From NCBI GenBank assembly GCA_951406725.2, contig OX597815.1:159340001-159404000 (forward strand): a stretch of 64,000 nt of DNA, given 5' to 3'. The number at the start of each line of letters is the position of its first letter. Positions within the stretch are counted from its first letter, which is position 1. Shown here in pieces: positions 23,774 through 35,700 of this stretch. The notes under the pieces are model-generated. The model ran no database searches. It saw nothing but the letters and a program-made list of their open reading frames with translations, and had not been told where the DNA came from. This DNA is from Octopus vulgaris (taxonomy: Eukaryota). Both the position numbers and the translations under genes were made by a program.

Positions 23774-26700
23774 CATGATGACATGACTGACCAGGCTATC
23801 AGATGTTGTTACACATTAGTGGTCACAATGCGCTTTTGCATTGTTTTGACCTTCCAATGACACCACTTTGCTGGTTACATGAGCAGATCAACATTCCCTC
23901 CTGATTGAAAGTGGGACTGGAGCAATGTGAAATGAAATGTCTTGCTCAAGAACACAACGTGCTGCCCAGTCAGGGAATCAAACCCATGATCTAGCGATTG
24001 TGAATGCATTAACCTAACCACTTGGCCATGCATCTTCACATATATTGAATTGGTGCATAACTATTGTGGCTTTTTTCAATAAATTTTATTCAACAAAAAC
24101 AATAACAACATGTAACAAAAACATCTTTAAATAATTATTCCAGAGCATATTCACCATCTACTTCAATTACTGCTCCCCATTTGCTTGGCAGACGGTCAGA
24201 CCATCATTTAAAGATGTTTTTGTTAAATATTATTATTAATTTTGTTGAATAAAATTTGTTGAAAAAAAGCTGCAATAATTATGCACCAACCCATTATATA
24301 TATATATATTAACAATTGCAGCGTGGAAGTTTAATTTGTCAAAATTTAAGTTTAATTTGTCAAAATATTTTCGTCACTAAAATCCGCGACCTGTTCACTG
24401 ACAAAATGTTGAAGTGAATCGAACACCTTTTGTGTGTTTCTTAAATGGCTTATAAACACCTTCCACGCTGCAATTGTTTTTGTTTCAGCACACGATCTCA
24501 GATTAAATTACTTGCTATGCGAGTACATCTCCGTAATATATATATATTAATGAACCAAAATAAGTAAAAATAAAAGTAAACTCGAACTGAACCTCAAATT
24601 CTGCCATAAAAGAAAAAGGAAAACCACTGATGTTACTTTTTGTTTTGTTTGCTTTTGGTAAAAATTTTTTTAAAATTTCATTTTTGTATTTGGTTTGCAA
24701 GATTCTTTATGTGATTTCGTGCTTTGAAGCATATTTTATTGTGTCTGGGCAGAGTCATTCTCTTTTAGTGTCTTACTAATTTAACACACTCACTGGTCTG
24801 ATTTCCACTCATTTACTTATTTATTTTTGCTAAAATTTTCATTGCGTTCTGCAACCTTTTCAATAGTTGTTGACTCTGTCCATTATCAGAACTGCGATCT
24901 TTCTTTTTTGTTTGCTTGTGCGCATGCATGTGTGTCAGTGTGTGCACGCATACACATATGTATACATATATGCACGTTTGTATGTATGTACACTGCATGT
25001 ATGTGTGTATGCATGTATATATATATATGTGTGTGTGTGTCTGTATTTGTGTGTGTGTCTTAAGGATATAAACAAACCAACGCTGGTCATCAAATGGTGG
25101 TGGGGACAAACACACACTCATACACATTAATGAATGATGGGCTTCCTTCAGTTTCTGGCTACCAAATCCACTTGCAAGGTTTTAGTTGACCTGGGGCTAT
25201 AGTAGTTGACACTTGCCCAAGGTGCCATGTGGTGAGACTGCACCTGGAACCATTTGACTGAAGGAACACATTTCTTACCACATACCCATGTCGGCACCTT
25301 TATTTTATTTAATTTTTTTTTGTACAAATTTTTTTTCCCTATTTTCTTTTACTAACTTTGCAAAATGTTACATTTCTATCTTATATGTTTAAGATGACAT
25401 TAATTTATTTTGAAAGTATGAGCATCAAGCCTAATAACACTTCAAGTTAATTCTTTCTCTCTATCTTTTGAATTAAAAGAAGAATACATATTTTCACTTG
25501 CTTCACAATTCTATGTGTTATTTATGCAAATATCTTTCTTGATTATGTAAGTTCTTTCAGATTTTTTTTTTTAAAAATCACATTCCTTGTAGTGTTTTTG
25601 CATATTTTGAATGCTAATGCATTTAATGCAGCTTGAAGTTGATTATACAACATTACACAACTTGCCACAATGCAATATATCTCATGTTGCTGCTATTTGA
25701 TTAATTACAAAACATTTTCTTGTTCGTTTGTTTATTTAAAAAAAAAAAAAAAAGCAACAACATAGTTTGAGAAAAATTTAGAAACTTCTTATGATCATAG
25801 GGTTAACACAAGAATTTTCTGCTTATCTGAATTAATTTCCAAAAATAATCATGGACTGTGCTTTATCTGTTTTTTTGAAAGCTTTGATGAAAGGTTGAAC
25901 AAAAGTTGTAATTTGTGAATATTTGGAGAGCACTTTAATATAACTTATGCCATATTATATTCTTGGCAAGTTAGCTGAGAATTGGTTTCTCCCATTGTTT
26001 TGTTTTACCTTTCTGATATCCATACTTGTATTGAAATACACTTCCTCTGTGTTTAAATTTTGATAATAATTAAAATTTTTTAGAGATTTTGTAAAATAAG
26101 TTACTTTTCTCTTATTAAGTAACGTATATTTGGTGAAGCCATAGGAAACAGCATGATGGATGAGCAACCATGGCAAAAGTGTCTTCTGTTTGACTAATGA
26201 CAATCTTCACATGATGTTGAATAGAGGAACATCCGTGAAGCTAGCAACTAGCATTAGTGCTATTATATCTTTTTACCATTCTAGTGAAGGTGTGTGGCTT
26301 AGCGGTTAGTATTTTGGGCTCATGATTGTATGATCATGAGTTCAATTCCTGGTGGTGTATTGTTTTCTTGAGCAAGACAGACACTTTATTTCATATTGCT
26401 CCAGTCCACTCAACTGGCAAAAATGAGTTGTAGCTATAATTCAAAGGGCCAGCCTTGTCCCATTTGGTATGTCATGCTGGGAACTATACTAAGGCTATGT
26501 GTGTCAGTGGAGTGCTCAGCCATTTGCATGTTAATGTAATGAACTGTCTTTTATAGAAACTGGTATGCATGGGCGACTGTTTGTCTTCCATAAACAACCT
26601 TGCCTTGTGCCTCAGGTGGTAACTTTCTCAGTGCAATCCCAGGGTCATTCATGACCGAGGGGGGCGGTGGAGGCAGTCCTTTATGCTACTGAGGTTGATA

Positions 26701-29700
26701 ACAGTCACATGTTCATTTCATATATATTCATACAATTTCTTTATATTCCAGTGTCTTTAAAATTTACTGTTATTTTTGTAGGATGCTTAGAAAACTAATG
26801 ACCAAAACATCGCAGGAGATTTCTTTGGAGAGAAAAGAGCAAGGATTCACTCTTTATATGAATGGAGCCAATGCTGAAATGGACATACACCCGCCCTTGC
26901 CACAACTGAAGTCTCCGTCTCCAAATCATGAAGCCCGATCAAGGAGACACAGGGCTGCTGCTCAACTAAGTAAGAATAGTTTTACTCAGATCAGGATATA
27001 AATTCTTTCGCTTATTTATTCATTTATTTGTTCATTTGTTTCCATTTTACTGTTTTTACATCCATTTATATAAATAGGCACAGACTTGGTAAAAAAAAAA
27101 CCCAAAAAACAGAAGGTAAAGGTTACCTTCTTGAACCATGCTGACTTATAAGGGCTGGTTTCCTGGTTTCCATGATGTAGAAATTCCTCACCTGGATGAG
27201 ACTCCAGTCCATTGCAGGATTACCCACTTCTGCAAGCTGAGTGGGCTGGAGCAACTTAAAATGAGGTGTTTTGCTTGAGAAAACATGTCACCCAGTTCTG
27301 TAATTGAAACCACAATCTTATGACCATGTGTCCAACACCCTAACTACTAAGCCACGCCAACATAGACACTGATGAGATCTATGTGGTTGAAAGTTTACTT
27401 TCCCCAGCCATATGGTTGTAGGTTGAGTCTCACTGCATGGCACCTTCGGCAAGTGCCTTTCATTATAGCCCTGGGCTGAGCAAAGCCTTGGAAGTGAAAT
27501 TGGTGGACGGAAACCTGAAAGTAGCCTGTTGTGTGTGTATGTGTATAGATGTGTGTGTGTGTGTGTGTATTTGTGTATATAGGTGTGTGTTTATGTATGT
27601 ATATATATGTGTGTGTTTATATGTAGGTATACATATGTGTGTGTATATATTTGTATATATATGTGTATCTATATATGTGTATCTATATATGTGTATATAT
27701 ATGTGTGTGTGTTTGAAAAACTATCTGTCTGTCTCTGTCTATGTATCTCCCTCTCTCTTTATCTCTGTCTTTCTCACTGTGTGTGTATGTGAGTTTGTGT
27801 TCGTGTGTGTGTTGTGTGTACCCTTGTCTTGACATCACTGTATGGTTCTAAGCAAGCATCACTGTCATACAAGTGTTGTCCATCACAAGGCTGGAGATCA
27901 TTTTGGATGAGTCGGCTGGGAGTTACCAGAAATGATGTGAGTTGCTCAAGGATACAATGTGATGCCAAAACCCGGAATTGAGCCAAAATCTTATGCTTAT
28001 GTGCAAAACGCCTTAGCCACTAGTCCATGTGGCTTCACCGTCCATCCATTCATTTATTCTTTCAATAATCAATAATGGTAGGGCACAGTAAAATGCTATA
28101 TGCAACCAAAATGGCTACATGAGGCACAACAGCTGCATGAAGCACAATGGCTACATGAGGCACAATGGCTACATGACGCAAAATGGCTACATGACACAAA
28201 ATGGCTACATGAGGCACAATGGCTACATGAGGCACAATGGCTACATGAGGTACAATGGTTACATGAGGCACAATGGCTACATGAGGCACAATGGGTACAT
28301 GAGGCACAATGGCTACATAAGGCACAATGGCTACATGAGGTACATTGGCTGAGATCTTGCAGAGTAGTAGACTAGTGATCTAAAAGGTTGTAAGTTCTAA
28401 TCTTACTGCAGACATTATGTTGTGCTTACTGTAGTATAGGTTTCACATTCCACTCCAGTATACAGTGTAGCATGAGTCAGGTACAAAACTTAGGATAGGT
28501 TAGAGCAGTGTTTCCCAACTTATTTTTCTCCTGGCCCCACAATAGCTTTCCACTTACCCTCTCCCTTGAAACTACTGGCCTTGTGCCAAAATTTGAAATC
28601 AATATTAAATCCTAATTATTTAGTACAAAAGAGTCTACCGGTAACTGTTTTATTAAGTACTAAGTGCAAAAAACCCTTCCAAAAAACAGGATATTCTTGA
28701 CTAAAAAAAAAGAAAAGAGGGAGTCACTTAATGAAAACCTTGCGTTTGGCAAATAGTTGTAAGTTTTAATCGTACTAGAGACATTATATTGTCCCCCTGA
28801 TCACTGTATCACTCTCACCACAATTTTTCCAGGCCCCACCAGTGGGGCATATGCTCCACACTGTGAATTACTGAGCCAGTGCATGGAATACAAGTCAAAT
28901 AATAGAAAATATAATAAGCAAAATGCAGGTCTAGTATTCAAAGCTTTATAGGACATTATTATTTTATATATATATCATCATCATCTTCATCATCATTTAG
29001 CGTCTGCTTTCCATGCTGGCGTGGGTTAGACAGTTTGACTTGAACTGGTAAGTTGGAGAGCTGTACCAAGTTCCAGTCTGATTTGTCTTGGTTTTTACAG
29101 ATGGATGCCCTTCCTAATGTCAACAACTCCATATGTAAATATGTATGTGTGTGTATGTATGGGCATGCATATATATATATATCCTTTTTTTTCTTGCCTT
29201 GTTTCTTTCTGTGTTCCTTTCTGTGGAAGAGCGTAGGCTCGAAACGTAAAAGACTTTTTTCAATTCCTGAAATAGTCAATGTTCTAATATTTTCAGTGGC
29301 AAGAAGAAACAGGTTCTTCCTTGATCAGAGTTACCTGAAAGAACTGGAGAACGATATACAGAGTAACCGTAGACAGCGCCAGGCCCCACTCACTAAAAGA
29401 TCTCGGAAGAGATGGAATATAAAATCAATCAAATCCCGTCTTGCAGGAATGGATGAAGATGGTGAGTAATTAGAAAATTTAATATATTTGTATGCTCTTC
29501 ACCTGTTTTTACCAATTCTATGGCCATCTAATCACTGTATCTTCAACAAGAATTTACTACCTATGGGCTGCAATAAATTTTCAAAATAATCCAGAATTTG
29601 GTTGATATTTTAGAAAAATCACAGTATCTTTTTTTCACTCAATGATATATTAGTTTCAGACTTTTGCACAAGGCCAGCAATTGCAAGGGAGGGGCTAAGT

Positions 29701-30153
29701 CAATTACATTGATCCCATTGCTCAACTGGTACTTATTTAATTGACCTTGGTGAAATTTGAGCATAGAATATAAAGAAGGACAAAGTGCCGCTTAGCATTT
29801 TGCCCAGTTTACTAATGATTTTGCCAGCTCACTGCCATCTTTATTCGTTAATACATTAAGTTGGTATTTGGCAGACATCTTACAAGTGTTTTGAAGTTTC
29901 TCGATAGAGGTGTCACTGTGTTGGAAGAAGTTTGCTTCCCAGTCACATTGTTTTGTTTCTGTGCCAATGTGTGGCACCTTGGGCAAAGTATCTTCCACTG
30001 TAGTCCTGGGCCGGCCAAAGCTTTGTGAGTGGATTTGGCTGACAGAAACTGGAAGAAGCCTGCTATCTATCTATCTATCTATCTGTGTGTCTGTCTATCT
30101 TATCTATCTATCTGTCCATCCATCTACCCCCTCCCAAACACACACACACACAG

Positions 30154-30197
<44 letters not shown>

Positions 30198-32710
30198 CTG
30201 TGTGTGTATGCATGTCCGTGTCTCTTGGTTTTGATATTTCATGATAGTTGTAAAATGTATACCACTGTCATACAAGCAGTTTGCACTTTTCATTTTCGGT
30301 ATTCTGCATAAACATATCTGACCATGGGGAAATACTACCTAGCTTGGGTACAGGTGAGGGTTGGCAACAAGAAAGCACTTCCAGCCATAGAAAAAATTGC
30401 CTCAATAAACTGCAAGCATCGGAAATTGAAAATTGGACATTAAAATGATGATAAGGAAATCTCATGAAAAAGAAAAAAAAAAAAGAAGAAAAGAACCCTT
30501 TATTCATGTATTAACAAGATTTTGTTTTTCCAAGCAGATCTGTAATGTAAGACCAGGATTTTCAGACCTGGGTCAATCTCATATACTTTGGCATACAGAT
30601 ATATTAAACAAACATGACAGCTAGTTTAAAAATCTGATATTTATTTGCTTCAAACATGAATTACAGTTAACTTTCCTGTTATTAGCAGCTGCAGTATCTT
30701 ATATTTGTTGCAATCTAAGTCAGTGTGGGTCTGTTGAATACTGAAGAGTTGGTTGATTGTAATTCCCTTATATTCTATTCTATACATATAAAGCTGAAGT
30801 TGTATGTGTGTGTGTGTGTGTGGCAGGTTTGGTAGCCTTCAACTAACACTATCTCCTCCGAGACCCTGCAAGGTGCAAGTTGAACAAAATTGAGAGTATG
30901 ATATAAGAAGGCTTGCTCTTCATTCCATAGAAGAAAAACTTTATATCGGACCATGTTAAGACCGAAAATTATTTACATCAAAAAAGTGCTTTTTTTTTTC
31001 TATGAAAATCCCTATTATTTACGATTTTTTGACTGCTGTGTCGCCATTTTTTGGTGTATTTCAACCAGAAAAATGTTCACTTAAAGAGAATAACAAGCTA
31101 CAGAATGCAAAACTTTTACTTTTCAAAAAAGATTGAAATTATGTCTAATCTTTGTTAACGCGACATCAAAGTTTGCCGTTTTAAGCGCAACTAAAAAACA
31201 AACCCAAGCAACGCCAGGCTAGTTCCTTTTACTATTTGCAAACTGCAAGACTACATTTGTTGCATCAGTAAAAGTTTTCTTCATAGTGTTTGTTATAACT
31301 CTTAACAATTTACTTTTAGCCTTTTCCTTGTTTTAGTCATTGGACTGTGACCATGTCAGGGCACCACCTTGAAGGGTTGTAGTCAAACAAATTGACCCCA
31401 GTACTTAAATTTTTTTTCTAAGTCTGGTATTTATTGTCAGACTCTCTTGCCAAACCACTAAGTTATAAGGGATGTAACAAACCAACAGCCATTTTCAAGC
31501 CACGGTGGTGGTAGTGGGCAAACAGACACTCACACACACACATACGCATTTATGCTTATACATATAGTAGCTTTCTACACAGTTTCCATCTATGAAATTC
31601 ACTCACAAAGCATTGGTCTGCCTGGGATTATTGTAGAAGACACTTGACCAAGATGCCACACAGCAGGACTGAACCGGAAGCCAGATGTTTGCAAAGTGAG
31701 CTTCTTAACCACATAGCCATGCCTGTGCTTAGTTTGAGTCATTTAACTGCACTAAACTTGACCATTACTCAATTCCGGAAAGCAAAAGTGTTCCAGCACC
31801 CTTCTGTTCATGAACATCTCCAAGCAAAAAGCACTGTAGCTTATGTATGTAGGAAGTCTGAAGCTTGATCTTCTATAGGAAAAACAGCTCCCACACTCAA
31901 AGAGATTAGAGGGTAAAGAGTAAAGACCTCCCTTCAGTCATGAATGACCATGGGACTGCATCTAGAAAGTTACCTTCCAAAGCACAAGTCCGGGCAAAGT
32001 TGTTTATTGAAGACCAGCAGTCACCCATGCATACCAGCCTCCATTCTCCACACCACCGATGTTATCTAAGGGAAAGGCAAAGGCTAATACAGCTTGGCAC
32101 CAGTGATGCCACAACTCATTTCTACAGTTGAGTGAACTGGAGCAATGTGAAATTAATTATAGTAAAAAACAAACAAACAAACTATTTTTTAAGTAAAAAT
32201 TGACCCTAACTTTCATCTTGAGAAATTTTGATATATCTTATGTTTTAAGTCAAATGTTTATTATCCAGCCTACTATTGTATAATACTTAGGTTATTACTG
32301 TACTTAGTAGTATTACTAGTTACAGTATACAGAGCAAATATAGGAAAAATTATGATAAACAAAAGTTTGTATCATTTGTTCCCTAAATATGTTTCAGCAT
32401 TGGGGTTGTTTGGAATGATAGCACTGGATGTTCCAAGTGCAGCTGGAGGCTTCACTACAATGCATCATCAGGAGAACCCTTTAATACATTGTTACAGAGA
32501 TCACTCTCTTTTACTTATTCCAGTCATTTGACTGTGGCAATGATGGAGCACCGCCTTTAGTCAAGCAAATCGACCCCAGGACTTATTCTTTGTGAGCCTA
32601 GTACTTATTCTATCGTTGTCTTTTGCCAAACCACTAAGTTACAAGGACGTAAATACACCACCATCGGTTGTCAAGTGATGTTGGTGAGACAAACACAGAA
32701 GCAAGCACAC

Positions 32711-32741
<31 letters not shown>

Positions 32742-35700
32742 TATATATATATATATATACACATACATATGACAGGCTTCTTTCAGTTTCTGTCTACCAA
32801 ATCCACTCACAAAGCTTTGGTTGGCCCGAGGCAATAGTAGAAGACACTTGCCCAATGTGCCACGCAGTGGGAATGAATCCGGAACCATGTGGTTGGTAAG
32901 CAAGCTACTTACCACACAACCCTGCGATCAAATAAAAATTTTTATAAATCTCTGATGTTCTCTACTGTTCTGTATTGTCCTCATAACTGAAACAGTATAG
33001 CTGGCTCAGTCAGTAAAATATCAGAATGCACTGAAGAAAAAATATAATCCTTTGGTCCTAGTTTTTGAACCACTTCTTTAATTATCCTATCTTTGCTAAA
33101 ATAGTTGATATTGAAACACAACTGTTTCAATATGCTCTTTTTACTTCTTTTGTTACTGAAACTGTATTAGACATTTTTACAATACATTTTATCTAATTCT
33201 TCTTAAACCATCTCCAAAATGTGCATTTTCTGTTTCAACATTCCAATCATTAATTCTGTTTGAATCATCCAAAGTATCTAACATTTCAATAACATTTTCT
33301 CTTTGAATTTACTAAAGAAATGTCTGCATAAAGACATTGGTGCTTAAATCATGCAAAAATATGAAATTATTCATGTGATAATGAATATAAAATTACATAA
33401 ATGTACAGTATACACATTCATTGCATATTCTTTTAGTTCGTTTCACAGAAAACTGTAGAGTGAGCTATGAAGATGATTTTGAATCTGATGACAGTTTAAG
33501 CAGCAGTGATTCTGAAGACTACAAAGTAAATGTCTAACTTTCTTTTCTTTTTTTTTATATAATTTTTACTGTATTTTGGTTGTTATAGATAAAATTTAAT
33601 TCCTAATTTGCTAATCCTCTTAATTTCATTTTTAAAAATTAGTTCTCATCATAATAGAAATTCACTACATCAAAGATACAAATGACTCTACAATGACTGG
33701 ATGGTGTATCTAGAAAATCTAGTTAGATAGAATATTGGTACAGGTTCTACCAAATAGATATGTCAGGTTTGATATGTCTGGTTTGAATTTGTATTTGCAT
33801 CCTTCTGGTATGAAATACTGTTGAGAATTTGCTTTCAAACCAAACTGTTATAGAAAATTGGACATGATGATGTATGCTTCATCCATCTCACAAGGTTAAC
33901 ACCCTCACACGTCCACCTGATCATTAGGTGCTTGAAGCAAATTTTACTCTATTGCAACTCTGTCCTCCTTACCTGTCCCTTCACTCATGCTTTTCTGGCA
34001 AACATTGACCTACATTGTTCAAGCTGGACAAAGCCACAGTAATCTGACTGACCTGGGAGAGTTTTAACTCTTAGGCATTTAAACTGGCCACATCTGGTCC
34101 AAATACTTGTTTATGTTCAAACTGTCAAAATCTGGCCTCTTATACTGATACTACTATCACCATCCAAGCTTTTCTGGCAAACATTGAGCTACAAATGTTC
34201 AAGCTGGACAAAGCCACAATAATCTGACTGGACTGGGAGACTTTTAACTCCTAAGCATTTAAACTTGTCATATTTGGCCCAAATAGTCTACTTGTTTTGT
34301 GTTCAAACTGTCAAAATTTGGCCTCTTACACTGACACTACAATGTCATTCTAAAACTGTACAATCACATCACTGAAATCTCAAAGCTACAAGATAATGCA
34401 CGTTACATTCAAAACAATGTGAATTTTGTATTAAATTTGACAGTAATCTAACTGCTAAAGGGTTAAAAGTTAGGAGTGCTGGATTTTTCTCACTTCCTGA
34501 CTAGATTATAAAACTTTTCTTCCTGGGTGTTGATTTAGTGAAACATTAACATAAGACTCGATTACTATATTAATTGCAGTGTGGGAGGTGTTTATAAGCC
34601 ATTTAAGAAACACACAAAAACCAAATCCACTCAACATTTAAATTTAATTTGCCAAAATATTTTCGTCACTTTGAGACCACATTTGTCAGTGAACAGGTCA
34701 TGGTCTCAAAGCAAAGAAAATTTTTTGGCAAATTAAATTTCATGTTGAAGTGAATTTAATGGTTTTTGTGTGTTTCTTAAATGGCTTATAAACACCTTCC
34801 ACGCTGCAATTGTTTTCGTTCCAGCGCACGATCTCAGATCAGATCACTTGCTATGCAAGTACATCTCCGTAATACTGTATTAATATTTTAGTGAAACAAT
34901 AAAGAAGTGTTTAAATACTGTTTTAATGAAGCAGTAAGCAAGCATTCAACTATATCCACGAAGTAATAAAGAAGTGTTCAACTTGTAATTTAGTGAAGCA
35001 TTAGCTTAGTATTCATGTGAAGGCTCAGTGGTTAGAGCATCAGGTTCATGATCATGAGGTAGTGAGTTCAATTACCGAACTGGGCTGTGTGTTGTGTTCT
35101 TGAACAAGACACTTTATTTCATGTTGCTCCAGTTCATTCAGCTGTAGAAATGAGTTGCGGTGTCACTGCTGCCAAGCTGTATTTACCTTTCCCTTGGATT
35201 ACATCAATGACATGGAGAGGGGAAGCCTGTATGCGTGGGTGACTGCTGGTCTACCATCAACATCCCTTGCCCAAACTTGTGCCTTAGTGGGTAACTTTCT
35301 AGGTGCAATCTCATGGTCGCTCATGGCCGAAAGGGGTCTTTACCATTTAGCATAGTATTCAGCTACTAATTTAGAGAGGCCGTACAGAAGACTTCAAATG
35401 CTAGGAAATATTCAATTGCTGTCGTAGTGATATAAGTAAGTTTCAACTACTATCTTATAACAGATATTTTAATCAGAACATGCAGATGTAAAAGCTATAG
35501 ATAGATTGTCTTAATTACCAGCCAGTAGAATATTCTCGCATTTGAATTGCTGGAAATAGCAGCCAAATCTCCTCCAGTCAAACTCTGCTATTTTCAATGA
35601 AAATGATACATTGGTCTACTCATTTGCTTATATATTTAATGATGGTATAATAGCAGGAATACCTTTGAATATGGATCTACTTGACCAAGGCTGATCTTAT

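Noticed and set aside
26163-26176. Additional X-box-like sites (gcaaccatggcaaa here; ttgtcatggttgc at ~53105)
   Set aside because: Only partial matches, expected by chance in 64 kb
28062-28375. Repetitive proteins HEAQWL / PHVAIV / MRHNGY
   Set aside because: Translation of an 18-bp minisatellite, open on both strands, with no splice support
35019-35085. tRNA genes at SINE heads
   Set aside because: A/B boxes are present but run into SINE bodies with no intact cloverleaf
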